DNA from: an uncultured Sutterella sp.
GTDB taxonomy: Bacteria > Pseudomonadota > Gammaproteobacteria > Burkholderiales > Burkholderiaceae_F
Assembly: GCA_900757865.1 (NCBI GenBank)
Contig: CAAEPH010000051.1
Coordinates: forward strand, 7,858 to 71,857
Reading direction: 5' to 3'
DNA length: 64,000 nucleotides
Position numbers and translations under genes: made by a program. This document shows, piece after piece, positions 47,533 through 56,392 of this stretch. The notes below the pieces were generated by a model. It did not search any database. It was given only the letters and a program-made list of their open reading frames with translations, and was not told the origin of the DNA. How positions within the stretch are numbered: the stretch's first letter is position 1; the number at the start of each line of letters is the position of its first letter.

Positions 47533-48228
47533 TTATTGTTTTCCTTTTTTCACTTTGGGTAGTTTAGCTTTGGTAGACATGACACTACCTTGACGCGCAT
47601 AAAGTTCATAGACCACAGCGCCAGCCTTGCCCTGTCGGATGCGTACCAACCCCAAAGCCTCAATCACTTCATCGTCTAGGCCTCGCTCTGGCGATTCGAC
47701 ATAAAGAACTCCCTCCGACTTCATCAAACCAATGACTTTTGAGACAATCGTTTTCTGCCAATCTTTCGCAAACGGCGGATCGATAAAAATCACATCGTAT
47801 TGCGCTTGATTCCTTGAAATAAAGTCGTGAGCATCTTCTTGGTAGACTGCACATTTCGTAGAGTCCGCCTTCAACCGCTCTAGTACTTGTCTCAATGTCC
47901 GAACAACAAGGCGGTTGTTGTCTACCCAATGAACCAGATTAGCACCGCGACTCGCTGCCTCTAAGCCCATAGCACCAGAACCCGCAAACAAATCCAATAC
48001 CGCTACGTGAGTAAATTCACCGCTAAATAAATGATACAACCAGTCAAAAACCGTCTCTCTAACGCGTTCACCAGTGGGCCGAAGACCATCCAACAATGCA
48101 ACAGGTACGAGTGATTTTCGCCACTGCCCAGCCAAAATCCTTACAAAGCCATCTCCACGCTTAGGCACTGCTATTGTTAAACTTGTATTATTCGCATATC
48201 TGCGTTTTTTTGTTTTAAATTCTGTCAT
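47533..48228 (-). CDS. rsmD: 16S rRNA (guanine966-N2)-methyltransferase RsmD
   Basis: [15 protein letters not shown] and the DPPF motif (VIFIDPPF). The Lys-rich 33-aa N-terminal extension suggests the true start may lie downstream. Confidence 0.8.
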   Translation of the reverse strand: MTEFKTKKRRYANNTSLTIAVPKRGDGFVRILAGQWRKSLVPVALLDGLRPTGERVRETVFDWLYHLFSGEFTHVAVLDLFAGSGAMGLEAASRGANLVHWVDNNRLVVRTLRQVLERLKADSTKCAVYQEDAHDFISRNQAQYDVIFIDPPFAKDWQKTIVSKVIGLMKSEGVLYVESPERGLDDEVIEALGLVRIRQGKAGAVVYELYARQGSVMSTKAKLPKVKKGKQ

Positions 48229-48237
48229 CGGATTGTT

Positions 48238-49194
48238 ATGTCTGAAACGTCAAAGAGCTGGTTTTCCCGATTAAAACAAGGCTTAGAAAAAACTCGAGTC
48301 AATATCGTAGGTCTTTTTTCTGGCGGTGTAATTGATGAAGACTTTTTAGATGAACTCGAGTTCGCCCTGATTACGGCTGATGTAGGTGTAGAAGCTACCT
48401 CGCGTATCCTACAACGTTTGCGAAACCAAATAAAACTAAAAGGTCTTAAAACTCAAGAAGAAGTTCGGTTGGCTTTACGAGATGAAATTTATCATTCTTT
48501 AAAGCCGTGTGAAAAACCCTTCTCCACTGAGGACCATCACCCTTGTGTCATCCTGATGACAGGAGTCAACGGTGCAGGGAAAACAACCTCCATCGGTAAA
48601 CTTGCCAAAAAACTTTCCCAAGAAGGAAAGACAATCCTTTTAGCTGCAGGAGACACCTTCCGCGCCGCAGCCAGAGAACAACTAGCCGTTTGGGGAGATA
48701 GAAATCAAATTGAGGTCATCTCGCAACAAGGAGGCAACCCAGCTGCGGTAATCTTTGACGCCATTGTCTCTGGGATCAAGCATAAAACCGACATTGTTAT
48801 TGCGGATACGGCAGGCCGTCTACCGACTCAAGTCAATTTGATGGAGGAACTTCGCCGCATTAAACGCTCTCAAGCCAAGGCACTCGAAGGTGCCCCTCAT
48901 GAAGTCATCCTCGTGCTTGATGGCACCAATGGACAGAATGCTCTTATGCAAGTCAAGGCGTTTGATGCCGCCACTGAACTCACTGGGCTTATCATCACTA
49001 AGCTAGATGGAACTGCGAAAGGGGGGATTTTGGTTGCTATCGCCCATGAGCACGCCGAGCATCCGCTTCCGATCTACTTCATTGGAGTAGGCGAATCCAT
49101 TGATGATTTACAACCCTTTAACGCCTTGCATTTTTCCAATACGCTTGTCGGTTTAGATGCGGACACTCCTCTCGATAAGTCGGAGTCAAATTAA
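48238..49194 (+). CDS. ftsY: Signal recognition particle receptor FtsY (short form, NG domain)
   Basis: GVNGAGKTTSIGKLA, DTAGR and the closing GVGE motif are present. It is divergent from rsmD, as in E. coli. Confidence 0.9.
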   Translation: MSETSKSWFSRLKQGLEKTRVNIVGLFSGGVIDEDFLDELEFALITADVGVEATSRILQRLRNQIKLKGLKTQEEVRLALRDEIYHSLKPCEKPFSTEDHHPCVILMTGVNGAGKTTSIGKLAKKLSQEGKTILLAAGDTFRAAAREQLAVWGDRNQIEVISQQGGNPAAVIFDAIVSGIKHKTDIVIADTAGRLPTQVNLMEELRRIKRSQAKALEGAPHEVILVLDGTNGQNALMQVKAFDAATELTGLIITKLDGTAKGGILVAIAHEHAEHPLPIYFIGVGESIDDLQPFNALHFSNTLVGLDADTPLDKSESN

Positions 49195-49216
49195 CTCTCT
49201 CTACTGAGGCCATCCT

Positions 49217-50686
49217 ATGTCAAATGAAGCTTTATTTGCTGCCGTAGATCTCGGTAGCAATAGTTTTCGCGTTGAGCTCGGACGTGTTGTCGGAGATCGT
49301 ATTATTACCCAAAGTTACTGGAAAGAAACAATACGACTCGCCGCAGGGTTTGATCAGGATGGCTCACTCACTCCCGACACCATAGAGCGTGCCATCGCTT
49401 GCTTAGAACGATTTAAAGACCGCATCGGTGGCCTCCCTTCCTCCCGGGTACGAGCCGTAGGGACGCAAGCGTTTCGGACAGCAAAAAACGCCGATTTCTT
49501 TCTAGATAAAGCCCAAAAAGCCTTGGGCTATCCCATCGATATTTTGAGTGGTCATGAAGAAGCCCGTCTTGTTTTCAAAGGCAGTGTGAATACTCTTCCC
49601 CCCTCTTCAGCAAAACGCCTCATTGTAGATATCGGCGGTGCAAGTACAGAGTTTGTTATTGGACAGCATTTGGAACCCTCATGCTATGAAAGTTTCCATG
49701 TAGGGTGTGTTAATACCTCGATACGTTTTTTTAAAGATGGGGAACTTTCAGAAGAACGTTTTAATAAAGCAGTCATCGCCTGTGCTGCTGAGTTCGAAGA
49801 GGTGGCAACCCAATTCGATCAATCTCATTTTGAAGAAGCTTATGGCTCTGCAGGCACTTTTGGTGCCGTGGCAGAACTCTGTCGACATCTTTGGAACGAA
49901 GACTTCGTCAGTCTGCATCGCTTAAAAAGCATCAAAAAACAACTCTTGAAATACCGTAACGTCAATGACATCAACTTCCCTGGTCTGAAAGCTGATAGAA
50001 AAGAAGTCATTGCGGGTGGCCTTGCCGTGCTCATGGCCGTATTTATGACACTAGGCATTGATAAAATGCGTGTGGCTCCTGGCGCTCTTCGCGCAGGATT
50101 ACTGTATGACTTATTAGGACGAACCAGCAATCTCGATTCCCGTGATACCTCTGTAGCCCGTCTATGTCAGTCAACCCAAATCTCGGAACAACAATCTCAA
50201 CTAGTCACGGCCCTTACAGATACGTTATCTGAACGCCTGGCTATTCTCAGTCAAGAGGATCGTAAGCTTTTGCACTGGGCGGCCCGCCTTCATGAAGTGG
50301 GCATGCTTATTTCAACAAGCCGTTACCATCGACATGGCTATTACATTGTGATCAATGCGGATATGCCTGGTTTTTCCTCTACCGAGCAATCGACCATGGC
50401 CCATTGGATACTCGGTCAGCGAGGCGGGTTACAAAAACTCAATGGCTTCCTCGACAACGAGAATCATCGTAGAGCACTATTGGCCTTACGACTAGCGGTG
50501 ATCCTAGCCCACTCAAGACAGCCTATCGTGTTCCCCAACATGGACATCGTACAGGAGAAAAAGCTAACAAGGATCAGCTTGGATGCCTCTTGGCTGTCTG
50601 CACACCCGCTCACCGCCTACCTATTAGCTGAAGAAGTAAACTATTGGCTATCAACCCCTTATCGCCTAGTGATTGAAGAACGTTAA
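49217..50686 (+). CDS. ppx: Exopolyphosphatase / guanosine pentaphosphate phosphohydrolase family protein
   Basis: Ppx/GppA N-terminal actin-like ATPase fold (AAVDLGSNSFRVELGR, GGASTEFV) and a C-terminal HD-like domain. Confidence 0.85.
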   Translation: MSNEALFAAVDLGSNSFRVELGRVVGDRIITQSYWKETIRLAAGFDQDGSLTPDTIERAIACLERFKDRIGGLPSSRVRAVGTQAFRTAKNADFFLDKAQKALGYPIDILSGHEEARLVFKGSVNTLPPSSAKRLIVDIGGASTEFVIGQHLEPSCYESFHVGCVNTSIRFFKDGELSEERFNKAVIACAAEFEEVATQFDQSHFEEAYGSAGTFGAVAELCRHLWNEDFVSLHRLKSIKKQLLKYRNVNDINFPGLKADRKEVIAGGLAVLMAVFMTLGIDKMRVAPGALRAGLLYDLLGRTSNLDSRDTSVARLCQSTQISEQQSQLVTALTDTLSERLAILSQEDRKLLHWAARLHEVGMLISTSRYHRHGYYIVINADMPGFSSTEQSTMAHWILGQRGGLQKLNGFLDNENHRRALLALRLAVILAHSRQPIVFPNMDIVQEKKLTRISLDASWLSAHPLTAYLLAEEVNYWLSTPYRLVIEER

Positions 50687-50687
50687 T

Positions 50688-51356
50688 ATGTCGAGTTCTA
50701 CACCATTAATCGAGCTTCGCAATATTCATTTGCAGTATGGAGAACGACCTATTCTCAAAGGTGTCTCCTTTGCGGTGAATCCTGGAGAATTTGCTCTTTT
50801 GTATGGCGGAACTGGCACAGGAAAAAGTTCTCTTTGCCATCTTCTTGCTGGTCTCATCATGCCCTCAGAGGGACAAGTGTTATTGGCCGGGGATGACATG
50901 ACGACATTCACAACTTCGCAAAGACGATGGATTCGGCGCTCAATGGGACTCATGCTACAAAAGCATATGCTGCTTGAGGATCGGACCATACTCCAAAACG
51001 TCATGCTTCCCGCCATCGTTGCTGGTGACGGTTTGCGTGAGGCAAGACGCCGAGCACTGCAAGCGCTTACAAAATGCGGTATAGACGATTTAGCCCAATC
51101 CGATCCTCGCGCTCTTTCAGCTGGGCAACGTCAACTGGCGTGTCTAGCGAGAGCTGTCGTGAATCGCCCCGTGGTCATCATTGCGGACGAACCTTTAGCG
51201 CAACTGGACCAGACCAATGCGATGACCTTGCTCAAACTATTCTCTGCCTTTGCCCAGGCTGGGGTAACCATTGTCATGACTAGCTATCGTCAATCTATTC
51301 TGGCAGGCATTAAAGAAATTCCCCTTGCTCCCTTTGCTGTGCAGGAGGATATATGA
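50688..51356 (+). CDS. ftsE: Cell division ABC ATPase FtsE, with degenerate catalytic motifs
   Basis: 222 aa and colinear with E. coli FtsE. Walker A reads GGTGTGKSS, the signature LSAGQRQ, Walker B VIIADEP and the H-loop MTSYRQ. The ORF-track start at 50673 is a TTG overlapping ppx; the ATG at 50688 is preferred. Confidence 0.8.
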   Translation: MSSSTPLIELRNIHLQYGERPILKGVSFAVNPGEFALLYGGTGTGKSSLCHLLAGLIMPSEGQVLLAGDDMTTFTTSQRRWIRRSMGLMLQKHMLLEDRTILQNVMLPAIVAGDGLREARRRALQALTKCGIDDLAQSDPRALSAGQRQLACLARAVVNRPVVIIADEPLAQLDQTNAMTLLKLFSAFAQAGVTIVMTSYRQSILAGIKEIPLAPFAVQEDI

Positions 51357-52252
51357 GTTTTTTCTCTGAACGCTTATGGGCTTGCCAAGAAGTTTTTTCG
51401 AGTTTTTTCCATGATCAAAAAGTCGTATCCTTGACGATATGTCTATCTTCCTTGGCACTGACAATCCCTGTTTTTATTACCACCATTCTCTATAGCCTAT
51501 CTGCCCCATTGATTGCGCTACCTACACAAGCTGAAATCACGGTTTTCCTCACCGATAGCGCAAATCCCTCCACAGCCATGAAAATGGTTCAAGCCAAAAC
51601 GATTGTCACTCATGTTGAATTGATTAAAAAAGCGGAAGCACTACAAAAACTTAATACACGCTTGGGGATTAAAAATCTAGACAAATTTGACAACCCCTTG
51701 CCAGACATCCTTGTGTTGACCTTGTCACAGCATAGCTCCAGCCAACAAATCGACGACCTGCTCACTGAACTGAATCATCACGATCTCATTGCGATGACAG
51801 CCTTTGACGACGGATGGCGTCAAAAACTTCGTGCCATTAGTCAAGCAACCACAGTTACGGTGATCACCATTGGCGGGATCGTCACCCTGTTGCTTGCTCT
51901 CGTATTACTGACGGTTATTCGGCTCACCACCAAATCAGTGACTCCCATTATGAAGTCCATGTATCTCTTCGGTGCCTCCCCACTTATGGCACTACGCCCT
52001 TGGGTATGGAGAGGTATCACTATTCTGGTCTTATCAAGCCTTCTCTCTTTAGCCATCACAGACGGCGGACTCACGTTGCTACAACCCTATATGACTGAGT
52101 TGGCTAATTTGTATAAAATCAACCTAATACTCCAACTTCCTCCTGCAGATTGGTGTCTAAGTTTTGTCCTTGTATGCGGACTTATTGGCGGCGTAACTTC
52201 GTGGCTATCTGCGTATAGCATCTGGAAAAAATCGAGTACACATATTTTCTAA
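51353..52252 (+). CDS. ftsX: Cell division permease-like protein FtsX
   Basis: Four TM helices with a periplasmic domain between TM1 and TM2. Its start overlaps the ftsE stop. Confidence 0.8.
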   Translation: MSFFSERLWACQEVFSSFFHDQKVVSLTICLSSLALTIPVFITTILYSLSAPLIALPTQAEITVFLTDSANPSTAMKMVQAKTIVTHVELIKKAEALQKLNTRLGIKNLDKFDNPLPDILVLTLSQHSSSQQIDDLLTELNHHDLIAMTAFDDGWRQKLRAISQATTVTVITIGGIVTLLLALVLLTVIRLTTKSVTPIMKSMYLFGASPLMALRPWVWRGITILVLSSLLSLAITDGGLTLLQPYMTELANLYKINLILQLPPADWCLSFVLVCGLIGGVTSWLSAYSIWKKSSTHIF

Positions 52253-52275
52253 TTCTCTTGCTGTTCAGCTTCCTC

Positions 52276-53235
52276 ATGGTTTCTAAAGACAACACTGCTA
52301 AAGACATTAAAACAGGAGTAAGTACGGCTCTACAGCCTTACAAAGCACCCCCTGTTCCCGCCATCATTGGCCCACTTGGAGACCTTCAAGCGTTCTTAAA
52401 AGCAGCAGAAAATGCCCCTATTCTCACGCCAGAGCAGGAAAGAAGTTTAGCGGTTGCGCTTCGCGAACAGGGCGATCTGAATGCTGCGCAATTATTAATT
52501 TTGAGTCATCTCCGACTCGTAATTTCTATTGCGCGTGGTTTTCTTGGGTATGGCCTTTCCTACGCTGACCTCATACAAGAGGGCAATATTGGCCTAATGA
52601 AAGCGATTCGTCATTATGATCCCGATCGTGGTACACGTTTAATGACATTCGCTACACACTGGATTAAAGCGGAAATCCAAGAATACATTATTAAAAATTG
52701 GCGAATTGTTAAGCTTGCTACCACAAAAAATCAACGCAAACTTTTTTTCAATCTTCGTCAAATGAAAGAAGATTACCAGAAAGCGTTAACCTACCAGGAG
52801 GCCGATCATATAGCCTCTGAACTGGATGTGAAACCTAAAGATGTCCTCGAAATGGAAGAACGTCTTTTTGGTCAGGAAACAAGCCTAGATGCGCCAGCAG
52901 TTGATAATGGGGATGGAGAGGCCGATTTTACGCCCCTAGATTGGCTCAGTGACGAAAATAGCGAGCCGGTCAAGATGTTAGAAAACAAGGCCCATGAACG
53001 ACTTGAGTCTGAAGGGCTACAATCTGCACTGCAACAGCTTGACGAAAGAAGTCGTCGAGTCATTGAAGCTCGTTTTTTACATATTGATGAAAATGGGCAA
53101 AACAAAGCAGTAACACTACAAGAATTAGCCTCTGAATTAGGCGTTTCTGCAGAACGTGTACGTCAAATTGAACGCCAAGCTATTGGTAAACTGCACGAAT
53201 TACTCGCTCCTCAAGCCGAGAATTTGGATCTGTAA
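52276..53235 (+). CDS. rpoH: RNA polymerase sigma-32 (heat shock sigma factor)
   Basis: Region 2 (LIQEGNIGLMKAIRHYDPDRG), the RpoH box (QRKLFFNLR) and region 4 (LQELASELGVSAERVRQIE). The start at MVSKD is preferred over the ORF-track start at 52258. Confidence 0.9.
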   Translation: MVSKDNTAKDIKTGVSTALQPYKAPPVPAIIGPLGDLQAFLKAAENAPILTPEQERSLAVALREQGDLNAAQLLILSHLRLVISIARGFLGYGLSYADLIQEGNIGLMKAIRHYDPDRGTRLMTFATHWIKAEIQEYIIKNWRIVKLATTKNQRKLFFNLRQMKEDYQKALTYQEADHIASELDVKPKDVLEMEERLFGQETSLDAPAVDNGDGEADFTPLDWLSDENSEPVKMLENKAHERLESEGLQSALQQLDERSRRVIEARFLHIDENGQNKAVTLQELASELGVSAERVRQIERQAIGKLHELLAPQAENLDL

Positions 53236-53269
53236 TTTTTCAGCCATACTTGTTCATGGCCTACTACTT

Positions 53270-53740
53270 ATGTTTAATATCGTTCTTGTTCACCCCGAAA
53301 TCCCCCCTAACACGGGTAACGTTATTCGCCTTTGTGCCAACACCGGATGCACGCTTCACTTGATCGAACCTTTAGGCTTTTCTCTTGACGACAAGCATAT
53401 GAAACGGGCTGGACTTGACTATCACGAATACGCCACCGTCAAAGTCCATTCCTCTTGGGAGGCCTTTCTGGTCAGTGAGAAACCGAATCTCAGTCGCATG
53501 TTTATCATGACCACCAAAGGCTCCTCCATCTTTTCTAAACTCACCTTTGCACCAGACGATTGGTTTGTTTTTGGCTCAGAAGGACACGGGCTTCCTGATG
53601 AACTCCGCAACAGCTTTCCAGCCAGTCAACGCATTCGTCTCCCCATGCGTCCCAATAATCGAAGCTTGAACTTAAGCAACTCTGTTGCTATTACTGTTTT
53701 TGAAGCATGGAGACAAAATGATTTCCTAGGCGGATCTTAA
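53270..53740 (+). CDS. trmL: tRNA (cytidine34/5-carboxymethylaminomethyluridine34-2'-O)-methyltransferase TrmL (SPOUT class)
   Basis: Colinear with E. coli TrmL/YibK (MFNIVLVHPEIPPNTGNVIRLCANTG...GLDYHEY...FGSEGHGLP...SLNLSNSVAITVFEAWRQ). Confidence 0.85.
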   Translation: MFNIVLVHPEIPPNTGNVIRLCANTGCTLHLIEPLGFSLDDKHMKRAGLDYHEYATVKVHSSWEAFLVSEKPNLSRMFIMTTKGSSIFSKLTFAPDDWFVFGSEGHGLPDELRNSFPASQRIRLPMRPNNRSLNLSNSVAITVFEAWRQNDFLGGS

Positions 53741-53744
53741 ATAA

Positions 53745-53777
53745 AAAGGGAAGGCCTTAAAACCTTCCCTTTTTTAT
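53745..53777. terminator. Bidirectional terminator between trmL and convergent secB
   Basis: AAGGGAAGG-CCTTAAAA-CCTTCCCTT with T/A runs on both sides. Confidence 0.6.
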
Positions 53778-54292
53778 TAGGCTTGAGCCGAAGCATCAGA
53801 CTCGGAATTCGATGTCTTAGCTGCTTCTTGCGCCAAACGTTGCTGATAAAGCAATTCAAAGTTAACTTCAGGCAAATGCACTGGAGGGATATTCGCTCGG
53901 GTCATTAAATCCGCTAAATTGCCGCGCAAATAGGGATAAATAATGGTCGGGCACATAACGTTGGTAATATGTTCAATAGCTTCTTGAGGTAAATTCTGGA
54001 TTGTAAAGATACCCGATTGCTTACCTTCAACCAAAACCACCACTTTATCCAACACTCTGACGGTTATGGTTCCACGCACCGTCACGTCATACAAACCCTC
54101 AACAACCACTCGCTGGCTCACTTCAAACTGAATATCAACCTGAGGTTCTTCTGTTTGGGGTTGCAATAAAATTTCTGGGGCATGAGGCATCTCTAAGGAT
54201 GCATCTTTGAGGTAGCAACGTTGCAATTGAAAAACAGGTTGTTGATCTTCTGCTGGTGTTGCGGCATTGTCTACTGTTTCATTTTCTGCCAT
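53777..54292 (-). CDS. secB: Protein-export chaperone SecB
   Basis: SecB fold sequence (FQLQRCYLKDASLE...) with an acidic C-terminal tail. Confidence 0.9.
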   Translation of the reverse strand: MAENETVDNAATPAEDQQPVFQLQRCYLKDASLEMPHAPEILLQPQTEEPQVDIQFEVSQRVVVEGLYDVTVRGTITVRVLDKVVVLVEGKQSGIFTIQNLPQEAIEHITNVMCPTIIYPYLRGNLADLMTRANIPPVHLPEVNFELLYQQRLAQEAAKTSNSESDASAQA

Positions 54293-54373
54293 GTCTGGCT
54301 CCTTTCTACTTTGGAGGATAGCTTGTCTAACCTCTTCTCTTTTTTATCAAAAACACGAGTCAAAATCAGCACT

Positions 54374-54775
54374 CTATGCAAGAGGGCGATTACTCTTTTG
54401 CCATTCTGAAATACCGCCTTCTAAGGCATAGACTTCCTTAAAGCCCACAGAACGCAATAACTTAGCGGGAGCTTTAAATTGATTCCCCGTCTGATCGACC
54501 AAAATCACGGGCAAATCTTTCTTCAGCTTACCCAACATATTTTGAATTTGATCTGCGGGGTAATTCACTGAATTAGGAATATGCCCTTTTTTGAAATCCG
54601 AAGCCTTCCTCAAGTCAACCACTTGAGCATGCTGGCGATTAATCAAGACGGTCGCTTCCGCTGGGCCTACCGTTGGCCCATGACGTTTTTGGTTTACAGA
54701 ACCAAAAATTAAACCACCCGCGCTGACAATTACGCAGCCAATCAAAAGTAGATTATCAATTAAAAAATCGGTCAT
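54374..54775 (-). CDS. Membrane-anchored rhodanese-domain sulfurtransferase
   Basis: N-terminal TM helix followed by a rhodanese domain (VVDLRKASDFKKGHIPNSVN...ILVDQTGNQ...). The secB-adjacent position is common. Confidence 0.75.
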   Translation of the reverse strand: MTDFLIDNLLLIGCVIVSAGGLIFGSVNQKRHGPTVGPAEATVLINRQHAQVVDLRKASDFKKGHIPNSVNYPADQIQNMLGKLKKDLPVILVDQTGNQFKAPAKLLRSVGFKEVYALEGGISEWQKSNRPLA

Positions 54776-55004
54776 TTATAGTAACGCTTTCTCGTTAGAA
54801 TTGATCATGGAACAGCTGTCCTCTTCCATAAATATAGGGATTGTAGACGAGATTACCATTCTCGTCAGTGACCTTTTCGGGATTCTCCCTATCTGTTTGG
54901 ACAAACACCCCAAAAAAGAAGCTTATCTATTCTCGATCTGTCTCTACAACGGCGTATGCTACTCTTTATCAGGTCACCTCAGTCCGTCTTAACATCACTA
55001 GCCC

Positions 55005-56348
55005 ATGAGTCGCTTTACTTCTCTTTTGTCACAGCTTGTCAATGCAAAAACAGGTGTACTGATTCTCGGTTGTATGGTTAGCTTCCATGCGTCCTTGATC
55101 CCTTTAGTTCTAGCTAAAGCCCCAGCCCAGGACTCCAAGGCCACAATAGCAGACAAAACACGCGCTGAACGAGCCAAATCCGACATTGAACAAGAACTCA
55201 AGGCTCTGCAAAACATGCTAGAGAAAAAAGAGTCAGAAAGAAACAGCAACACACAATCCTTAAAACAGGCCGATGTTGCCATTTCAGAAACCAATCGGAA
55301 ACTCCGACAGCTCGAAATAGACAGAAAGAAAATTGAACGTGACATTCAATCCCTGCGTCACAACGATCGAGAGTTGGCTAAAGGGGCCACTGAAACCATA
55401 GAAAGGTTAAAAAATATCGCCCGTGCACAATTTTTGAACCAACAGCGAAGCCCATGGCAGACCCTCATTGACGGGAATAACCCCAGTACGATCACTCGTG
55501 AAGAGGCTATGTTAGAGTTTTTGGCTCGAGACCAACAGAAAAATCTAGCTCAACTCGCCAATAAACGCGATCGAATAAAAGACGTCACAACCTCTCATGA
55601 ACAACAAAAAGCCCGTCTTTTAGCTATTAAATCGCAAGAGGAAAAAGAACGGACAACTCTACTAGAAGAAAAAAAGGAACGAGAGGCTGCTCTTAAACAA
55701 CTAAGCCAAGAAATCTCTTCTCAACACTCGAAGATAGAGCGCTTACAAAAAGACCAAGAGCGCTTAGGGCGCCTTATTTCATCTATTGAAACGCAGTTAA
55801 AAAAACAAGAACAAGCACGACGCTTAGCTGAAACCCAGCGTAAAGCGGCCATGCAAAAGGAGCGTCAAGCTCAAAAATCGCTCGCTCAATCGCAAGACAA
55901 ACACCTCACAAACGAAGAAAAATCACCATTTAATGGTCAAGGTCAATTCGCTAAACTGCGTGGGCAGCTGACACCCCCTGTCAAGGGAAAATTAGTCGCT
56001 CGATATGGGACTAACCGAGCGGAATCCAGTCATGCCCGCTCTCAATGGCAAGGATTGCGCTTTACCGCACCAGAAGGTAGCGAGGTCGTGGCTTGCGCTA
56101 GCGGTAAAGTTGTATTCTCAGACTGGCTTCGAGGCTATGGGAACCTCATCATTATTGACCACGGTAATCGTTATTTATCCGTTTATGGGAATAACGAAGC
56201 CCTCTATAAGAATGTAGGGGACTATGTCAAACAAGGAGAAACAATTAGCTCTGTAGGAACCTCAGGAGAAAGTGATGAACCGGGGGTATACTTTGAGCTA
56301 CGTTATAACAGCAAGCCGTTTGACCCTCAACCTTGGCTCAAACGGTGA
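55005..56348 (+). CDS. envC: Murein hydrolase activator EnvC-like protein (coiled-coil plus degenerate LytM/M23 domain)
   Basis: Signal anchor followed by a long Gln/Glu/Lys-rich coiled coil of about 280 aa. The C-terminal M23 domain (GLRFTAPEGSEVVACASGKVVFSDWLRGYGNLIIIDHG...SSVGTSGES) lacks a full HxxxD/HxH metal site. Confidence 0.75.
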   Translation: MSRFTSLLSQLVNAKTGVLILGCMVSFHASLIPLVLAKAPAQDSKATIADKTRAERAKSDIEQELKALQNMLEKKESERNSNTQSLKQADVAISETNRKLRQLEIDRKKIERDIQSLRHNDRELAKGATETIERLKNIARAQFLNQQRSPWQTLIDGNNPSTITREEAMLEFLARDQQKNLAQLANKRDRIKDVTTSHEQQKARLLAIKSQEEKERTTLLEEKKEREAALKQLSQEISSQHSKIERLQKDQERLGRLISSIETQLKKQEQARRLAETQRKAAMQKERQAQKSLAQSQDKHLTNEEKSPFNGQGQFAKLRGQLTPPVKGKLVARYGTNRAESSHARSQWQGLRFTAPEGSEVVACASGKVVFSDWLRGYGNLIIIDHGNRYLSVYGNNEALYKNVGDYVKQGETISSVGTSGESDEPGVYFELRYNSKPFDPQPWLKR

Positions 56349-56392
56349 TAACCGCTAGCGGTTTTTGACCAACAACACACAAAAATCATTCC

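Noticed and set aside
54801-55345. Small ORFs (63 aa plus strand, 115 aa minus strand) in the rhodanese/envC divergent region
   Set aside because: They overlap the envC N-terminus or the promoter region. They have no SD sites and skewed composition. They are likely non-coding.
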